DNA of 64,000 bases from NCBI GenBank assembly GCA_040218735.1, contig JAVJQW010000006.1, positions 64,001-128,000 of the forward strand, written 5' to 3'. Within the stretch, counting starts at the first letter, position 1; each line of letters opens with the position of its first letter. The notes under the pieces were generated by a model. That model made no database searches, was not told the DNA's origin, and saw only the letters and a list, made by a program, of their open reading frames with translations. Source of the DNA: Deltaproteobacteria bacterium. Lineage in GTDB: Bacteria; Myxococcota; Kuafuiibacteriia; Kuafuiibacteriales; Kuafuiibacteriaceae. Below, in pieces: positions 58,771 to 64,000 of this stretch. Made by a program: the position numbers and the translations under genes.

Positions 58771-59427
58771 ATGAACACCCGCATCCTACCGTTGACGTTC
58801 ATGCTGCTCGCTGCGGGTTGTGGCTCGTCGAACGAACCCAGTCCCTCGCCCACGTCGGCGCGCGACGCGGGCGAGGCGGCTGTCAACGACTTCTCGTGCA
58901 CGGGAGTGGCTGAACGGTGCGACCAGGGCGCGCTGTTGTTCCGCGGCGATTGCGAAGCGCTCGACCAGTGCGACCCGTACCACGCCTGCCGGACCCGGAC
59001 GCTCCTGTGTTTCGACTACGCATCCCAGCCAGAGTGCGTGCGTGTCGGCTGCTCGTGGGAGGGAGAGTGTTCGGGGTCCGCTCGAAGCTGCTCGAGCTAC
59101 CTCACGCCGGCGCAGTGCAACATGCAGCCGGGTTGCAGTTGGTCGGCTGCGCTCGATGACTGTCGTGGGGCTCGCAGCTGCCTGTTGCAGGAAAACGGGA
59201 TCGAGTGTGGCGCGATCGAAGGATGCCGCTGGAGTGAGGACTGCCGGGGTACGGCGGACGCCAATGCTTGCAACGAGGCTGGAGACACGTCGAGCGAGTG
59301 CGAGACCACGTCGGTATGCGGGTGGCAGTACATCGACTGCCGCGGAAACGAGTTCGCCTGCGCCCGACACACGGACGAGACGACGTGCGTCGCCGAGGCG
59401 GGGTGCTCGTGGACACGTAGCGGCTGA
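58771..59427 (+). CDS. Cys-rich repeat lipoprotein (C-x-W / GCSW repeats)
   Basis: Lipobox AAGC; five GCSW/GCRW/CGW units; less GC-biased codon usage than its neighbours. Confidence 0.75.
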   Translation: MNTRILPLTFMLLAAGCGSSNEPSPSPTSARDAGEAAVNDFSCTGVAERCDQGALLFRGDCEALDQCDPYHACRTRTLLCFDYASQPECVRVGCSWEGECSGSARSCSSYLTPAQCNMQPGCSWSAALDDCRGARSCLLQENGIECGAIEGCRWSEDCRGTADANACNEAGDTSSECETTSVCGWQYIDCRGNEFACARHTDETTCVAEAGCSWTRSG

Positions 59428-59496
59428 GCTCAGCGGACGCAGCCGATACCCGGGTGAAGACGTTGTTGTCTTCGCTGCTCGACGAGGTCATCCACA

Positions 59497-59532
59497 CCGG
59501 GTTGAGGCCGAACCTCACCGCGTGTCACCCGT
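59497..59532. repeat. 36-bp direct repeat, copy 2 (extended imperfect copy from 59455)
   Basis: Identical to 58638-58673; TGAAGACGTTGTTGTC is also shared upstream of both copies. Confidence 0.9.
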
Positions 59533-61375
59533 CGAAGAACGGCTCGGTCACGTAGAGCGGGAGCCGGAGCACGTGTTGGTCGGCCGGGGCGAACAGCACC
59601 GTGTGTGACGCCCGAGGGAACACGAGCACGGCGGCGTCGGAGTCCTCGAATTCGTAGGCCTCGACCATGAGTTGCGCGGGTGGGCCCCAGCGCGCCTGGA
59701 GTGTCTGCCACGTTCGCTCCGCTTCGTCGGGCGTGCGTGTGTAGAGGACGACCTCGATGCTCTCGACGCGGTCGCCATCGAGTCGGACTCGGGCGTAACA
59801 CTTCGAGTGAAGGTGTCCGCAGTAGCCGAGGTCGATCTGCATCGGATCGCCGGGCTTCACCACGAACGATGCGCGCAGGTCTTCGAGCTTCGTGCCGATG
59901 AGCTCGGGACGGCCGAGCGGGAACTCGGACGGGCTGTCGCCGAGGAGCACGGACAGCGGGATGTTCTCCTCGAACGACACGTTTGTCTCGTGCCGGGTCG
60001 GGCGGACGATCGCGCGTCGTGTGTCGCCGTCGAAGAACCACACGTGTTCGGCACGACCCGTGACCTCCGCCGGAGGCCCCCACGCGTCGATGAGGCGGGC
60101 CAGCCAGCCCACGCCGGGGAGCACCAGTCGGATCGCGTCGAGGCGTCCGGGCCGCCGTTGGCCGAAGTCGAGGTCGAGGGTCACGTCGAGCTCCGTTCGG
60201 GAGCTCCAGCCGACTCGAGCTTCCAAGCTCGCGTAGGCGCTGATGTCGAACGCCAGCGTCGTCCCGTAGATCTCGATCGTCTCGAGCTTCTCGTCGCTCG
60301 GCCACAGGGCGCTCAGCGTGCGTCGCACGTCGGCGCGCCGCGAGCCGAGCGCGACGTCCTTCAAGCGCTGCGGAGGTCCCGGGGAATGTGGAAACGGTCC
60401 GAGCCATCGCATGACGTCGGCCAGGTACTCCTCGGACTCCGCGCGGGTTCGCGCGTCCGGCGGGGTGGGCTCCGAGCGGAGCCTGATCTCCAACAGGTGC
60501 TTCGGCGGGTCGTCGATGACGTGGCCGTAGACGCCTTCGCCGTGCCACGACCACAGCGTCCCGTCGGGGCGAGCCTCGGTGGGCGGCCCCCAACGCGCGC
60601 GGAGGACGTCGAGCAGTTGATCTCGGTAGCCTTCGTAGGGCCCGTACCGGATCCAGGTGTAGACGTATTCGAGGCGCCCGTCGCCGTCACCTCTCCCGTA
60701 CACCCGAAGCCGATCGACGCAGCCTGGGCCCAGGGTGATTTCGACGTCGCCATCGGGCTTCGTGTGGAGCTCTGCGGTCGACATCCCGGGACGCAGCCCG
60801 GCGAGGCCGCCTTCGAGTGCGTCGCCCAAGAGGCGCTCGAACGGCGTGAAGCGCTGCACGACCTTCGAGTTCTCGAAGCGGTAGAACCGGACCGTCCGCG
60901 ACGCGTCCAGCCAGATCGGACCGTCGGCGGCGCCCGGGACCGCGGAGGCGATCGTCGGGGGGCCCCACGACTTCGGGAACGCGGCCGTGCTCGTGACGAC
61001 CGTGACCTCGGCGAGCTGTCGCTCGGGCCCGTCGAACGTCGCGCGAACGCTCCGCCCCGGGAAGGGCGTGGAGAGGAGGACGACGGTCGCGCCGTTCGCG
61101 CGCCGAACGTTGCGCCCGACATCGACGCCGGCGAGCGCGACGCCGTCTCGGTACGGCAACTTCGCGTCGGCCGGCCAGGCGAAGAGCTCGGGGCGACGGC
61201 GCGCGGCTTCGTCGAGCGGCGTTCCGATGCGGACGCCATCGAGGACCCGCGGGAGGCCGGGCTCCTCCGGCCACGGGCCGACCCAGTCCGCGTCGAGCGC
61301 CTGGTACGCGCGGACGCCGAGCCAGATGCCGATCCCCAGCGCGACCGCAGCCCCGACCGCTACGACCGCGAGCAC
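59525..61375 (-). CDS. Membrane-anchored hypothetical protein with four internal repeats
   Basis: N-terminal TM; four WGPP motifs, each preceded by a (G/D)VR(I/L)G-like start. Confidence 0.65.
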   Translation of the reverse strand: MLAVVAVGAAVALGIGIWLGVRAYQALDADWVGPWPEEPGLPRVLDGVRIGTPLDEAARRRPELFAWPADAKLPYRDGVALAGVDVGRNVRRANGATVVLLSTPFPGRSVRATFDGPERQLAEVTVVTSTAAFPKSWGPPTIASAVPGAADGPIWLDASRTVRFYRFENSKVVQRFTPFERLLGDALEGGLAGLRPGMSTAELHTKPDGDVEITLGPGCVDRLRVYGRGDGDGRLEYVYTWIRYGPYEGYRDQLLDVLRARWGPPTEARPDGTLWSWHGEGVYGHVIDDPPKHLLEIRLRSEPTPPDARTRAESEEYLADVMRWLGPFPHSPGPPQRLKDVALGSRRADVRRTLSALWPSDEKLETIEIYGTTLAFDISAYASLEARVGWSSRTELDVTLDLDFGQRRPGRLDAIRLVLPGVGWLARLIDAWGPPAEVTGRAEHVWFFDGDTRRAIVRPTRHETNVSFEENIPLSVLLGDSPSEFPLGRPELIGTKLEDLRASFVVKPGDPMQIDLGYCGHLHSKCYARVRLDGDRVESIEVVLYTRTPDEAERTWQTLQARWGPPAQLMVEAYEFEDSDAAVLVFPRASHTVLFAPADQHVLRLPLYVTEPFFDG

Positions 61376-61562
61376 CGAGACGACGCGCTTCTGTTTGTGG
61401 CTCGGGCTCGCGATGGCGCACGCTGGCTACGGACCGGTGGCTGGGTCAAGCCTGTGATGGCGCAACGCGGGGCGCGCGAACGGCTGACGAGCTCAGCCCC
61501 TCTCGCCAACCGCGATCCGAGTCGCTATCCTGATCTTCGGTCACCCAACACCAGGAGGTCCC

Positions 61563-61778
61563 ATGGGTCCCACAGTCACGGCCGCGCTGGCGGCAGGCCG
61601 AGCACTCCTCACGAAGGTCGCGTCGAGCTCCACCGTCTCGACGGCGGGCGCGTGGTTGAAGAAGAACGTCACGATGAAGTTCCTCGCGGGCGAGGTCGCG
61701 AGCACCGCGGCCATCGAGGGCGTGCGCTCCACGGCGCTCCGGTCGAAGGCCGCGAAGGTTTTGGTCAAGAAGGACTGA
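61563..61778 (+). CDS. Small hypothetical protein
   Basis: Strong SD AGGAGG and upstream TATCCT; 71 aa. Confidence 0.55.
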   Translation: MGPTVTAALAAGRALLTKVASSSTVSTAGAWLKKNVTMKFLAGEVASTAAIEGVRSTALRSKAAKVLVKKD

Positions 61779-61977
61779 CGCGCTGGGCGCGTCGCTGCAG
61801 CGCGCGACCCTGGCGCCCGAGCTTCAGCGCGAGCTCGATCCTCTGACGGGCCGTCAGAGCCCGGACTCGACGGAGCTCGACCGCGCGGGCGTCGCGCGTG
61901 CTGGCGCTGGGGCGCCGGACGTTGGTCTCGGGCTCCGTCACGTGTGTCATCGTGATTTGTCGCGTTGGGCCGGTCAA
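61765..61977 (-). CDS. Small basic hypothetical protein (start possibly ATG 61950)
   Basis: Directly follows truD; LTARQRIELALKLG helix. Confidence 0.4.
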   Translation of the reverse strand: MTGPTRQITMTHVTEPETNVRRPSASTRDARAVELRRVRALTARQRIELALKLGRQGRALQRRAQRVSPS

Positions 61978-63005
61978 GCCGGCTCGGGGGCCTCGCGGGT
62001 GAACGTCCCCGCGTCCGGCTTCACGACCTCGTCCAACACCACCGTCGCGTAGGCGCCGCTCGGGAGCGTGAAGCGCAGGCGCAGCGTGGCCTCGTCCTCG
62101 GCTTCGACCGTCGCGTCCGGATCGAACGGGATGCGGATCAGCCGCCGCGTCCCTGGGCCGACGCGGGCGAGCATCGCCTCGTCCAGGCCCGAGGCTTCGA
62201 GGACCTCGTCCTCCAGCGCGCGCGCGGCGCGTTCGGCGCGCATCGTCTTCTTCCCGAACAGGGGGCCCGTCGGGGAGATCTGCATCGCGTCGACGCGCGG
62301 TTGCTCCGCCGTCGGGTCGTCGACGGTGAACAGGCCGCCGGTCTCGTGTTTCTTCATGACGTCGCCGTCGAGCGCGACGTCGAAGAGGGCGCGCTCCAGG
62401 CGAAGCGTCACGTAGGCGTTGAACAGCTCGGACTGGAGCGCCGACATCAAGATGCTCTTCTCGTCGCGCCGGCGCGGGGCCCGCGCTTCGCCGCGCAGGA
62501 TTCGAAGCGCGCGCTCGGCGTTGTCGCCGTCGCGGCCGAAGCGCTGCGGGCCGAAGACGTTCGGCAGGCCGGTCGCCTTCAGCGCGTCGACGATCGGCGC
62601 GGCGTTCGCCACCGCCGAGACCTCACGCAGCCGGATCGTGAACGTGTTGCTCGCGACGTGGCCGCGCTTGAGCTTGTTCTTGTGGCGCGTCGTCTCGAGC
62701 ACGCGGACGCCGTCGACGTCCGCGACCGTCAGTTCCCCGCGCGGATCGTCGATCGAGATCCACTGCCGCGCGATGGCGTGCCGGTCCTTGAGGCCCGCCC
62801 AGCCGATCCGCCGCCGGTCGATCCCCGGGAGCAACCGGCCCACGGCCTGCGGCGTGGTCAGCGCGGTCTTCTCGATGCGGACGAACAGGTGGGTGCCCTC
62901 GCCCGAGAGGGCGTAGGGGATCGTCTCTTCGACGACGAAGTCTTCGGGCCTGGCCAGGAGTCGGCCGCCGCACCCTGCGAGGTGCGCCGTGCGGCGCGGG
63001 GGCAA
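61974..63005 (-). CDS. truD: tRNA pseudouridine(13) synthase
   Basis: PEDFVVEE, AGLKDRHA, NTFTIRLR, PNVFGPQRFG and LPSGAYAT. Confidence 0.93.
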   Translation of the reverse strand: MPPRRTAHLAGCGGRLLARPEDFVVEETIPYALSGEGTHLFVRIEKTALTTPQAVGRLLPGIDRRRIGWAGLKDRHAIARQWISIDDPRGELTVADVDGVRVLETTRHKNKLKRGHVASNTFTIRLREVSAVANAAPIVDALKATGLPNVFGPQRFGRDGDNAERALRILRGEARAPRRRDEKSILMSALQSELFNAYVTLRLERALFDVALDGDVMKKHETGGLFTVDDPTAEQPRVDAMQISPTGPLFGKKTMRAERAARALEDEVLEASGLDEAMLARVGPGTRRLIRIPFDPDATVEAEDEATLRLRFTLPSGAYATVVLDEVVKPDAGTFTREAPEPA

Positions 63006-63009
63006 GCGG

Positions 63010-63456
63010 TCAGCCGCGCCCGAAGGCGAGCACCTTGCCGCCCTCGGGGAACGCGACGTGGGCCTTCTTCCCCTCCTTCAGGTCGGTGACGATCCCGATC
63101 CCGAACTTCGGGTGCTCGAGGATGTCGTCCCGCTGAAGCTCCATCTGGATGGAGTAGGTGAGGGGGCTCGAGAGGTCCTTGCCCTTGGCGATGCCGTCGT
63201 ATTCTTCGGCGGTCGGAAGGGCGCCCACCTTCTCGGCGGCGTTCGCCTTACGCTCCGCGCGGCGCCGCTTCGCGGTCGCCTCGGAGGCCGTGGGGGGTGG
63301 GCGATAGGCGTGCTCGCCCCCACACGTGTTGCACTTCACGCGCGCGATCTGGTCGCCGACCATCGCCACGATCGTGTGCGCGAGCACCATCTTGCACTTG
63401 GTGCACTTGGAGTCGACCTCGTCACCGGCCTTGTATCCGGTCCTACGGAGCGCCAT
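63010..63456 (-). CDS. Conserved zinc-ribbon hypothetical protein
   Basis: CTKC..HTIVAM..CNTC and HPKFGIG. Confidence 0.75.
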   Translation of the reverse strand: MALRRTGYKAGDEVDSKCTKCKMVLAHTIVAMVGDQIARVKCNTCGGEHAYRPPPTASEATAKRRRAERKANAAEKVGALPTAEEYDGIAKGKDLSSPLTYSIQMELQRDDILEHPKFGIGIVTDLKEGKKAHVAFPEGGKVLAFGRG

Positions 63457-63575
63457 GAGGCCGATGGAGTTAGTTTGGATCCGGCGCCGGATCAAGCTAA
63501 AGATTTGTCCTCGGGTTCGGTGCGGGAACAACCGCCTGCTTCCGCCCGGTTGGTTAGACGAAAGCGAACTGCTCC

Positions 63576-64000
63576 ATGGGTATCCTCAGTCGAATCTCGA
63601 AGGTCCTAGAATCCAACCTCAACAGCATCGTCGAGCGCGCGGAGGACCCCGCCAAGATGCTCGAACAGGCGATCGAGGACATGAAGCGGGGCCGCCAGGA
63701 GGCCCGCGACGCCATCATCGAGGCCAAGACGCAAAAGCGCCTCCTCGAGAAGAAGCGGGACAAGGCGCTGGTCGACGCCGAGGGCTACGAGGCCCGGGCG
63801 ATGCAGGCCCTGCAGAACGGCGACGAGGACCGCGCTCGCAAGGCGCTGGAGCTGAAGATCGCCGCCGAGCAGCGCGCCGCCGCGGAGACCTCGGCCATCG
63901 AGGAGCAGGCCAACCAGATCACGCAGCTGGAGGGGGCCGAGCGGGAGCTCGAGCGGCGCCTCTCCGAGATGCCGGCCCGCCGCGCGGCGCTGATCGCCCG
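63576..64000 (+). CDS. pspA: PspA/IM30 family protein, 3'-partial (absent from the ORF track)
   Basis: MGILSRISKVLESNLNSIVERAEDPAKMLEQAIEDM followed by coiled coil running off the window. Confidence 0.88.
   Translation, partial: MGILSRISKVLESNLNSIVERAEDPAKMLEQAIEDMKRGRQEARDAIIEAKTQKRLLEKKRDKALVDAEGYEARAMQALQNGDEDRARKALELKIAAEQRAAAETSAIEEQANQITQLEGAERELERRLSEMPARRAALIA

Noticed and set aside
58638-59532. 36-bp repeats as a CRISPR array or integron attC sites
   Set aside because: There are only two copies about 860 bp apart, no cas or intI gene, and no RYYYAAC/GTTRRRY box pair.

Overview
This is a very GC-rich bacterial window. Its gene content suggests Myxococcota/Deltaproteobacteria (inference): many Cys-rich lipoproteins, a Ser/Thr kinase-PEGA module and a DUF4388-like domain. 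Housekeeping genes include dinB, corA, selB, truD, a PspA-family gene, a UDP-sugar dehydrogenase and a one-piece tmRNA (ssrA, minus strand, tag ANDDFVAAAVA) preceded by an alphaproteobacterial-type sspB. The main accessory feature is a ~10 kb island (35608-45637) inserted in the tmRNA 3' end and bounded by a perfect 24-bp direct repeat plus matching arm-like repeats. It carries a frameshifted, N-truncated tyrosine integrase, an intact 2017-aa nuclease-STAND/NACHT protein (Avs3-like antiphage candidate) and a secreted PEGA protein. Other notable items are a hybrid histidine kinase whose input domain is an SDR fold lacking the catalytic Tyr, a tandem apparently Cu-only SOD lipoprotein next to a PNGase F homologue, and a Cys-rich lipoprotein gene inserted between duplicated gene ends. 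Many genes also have TAnnnT boxes 6-9 nt before the start codon, suggesting leaderless mRNAs. All family calls come from motif recognition by eye; no searches were run.
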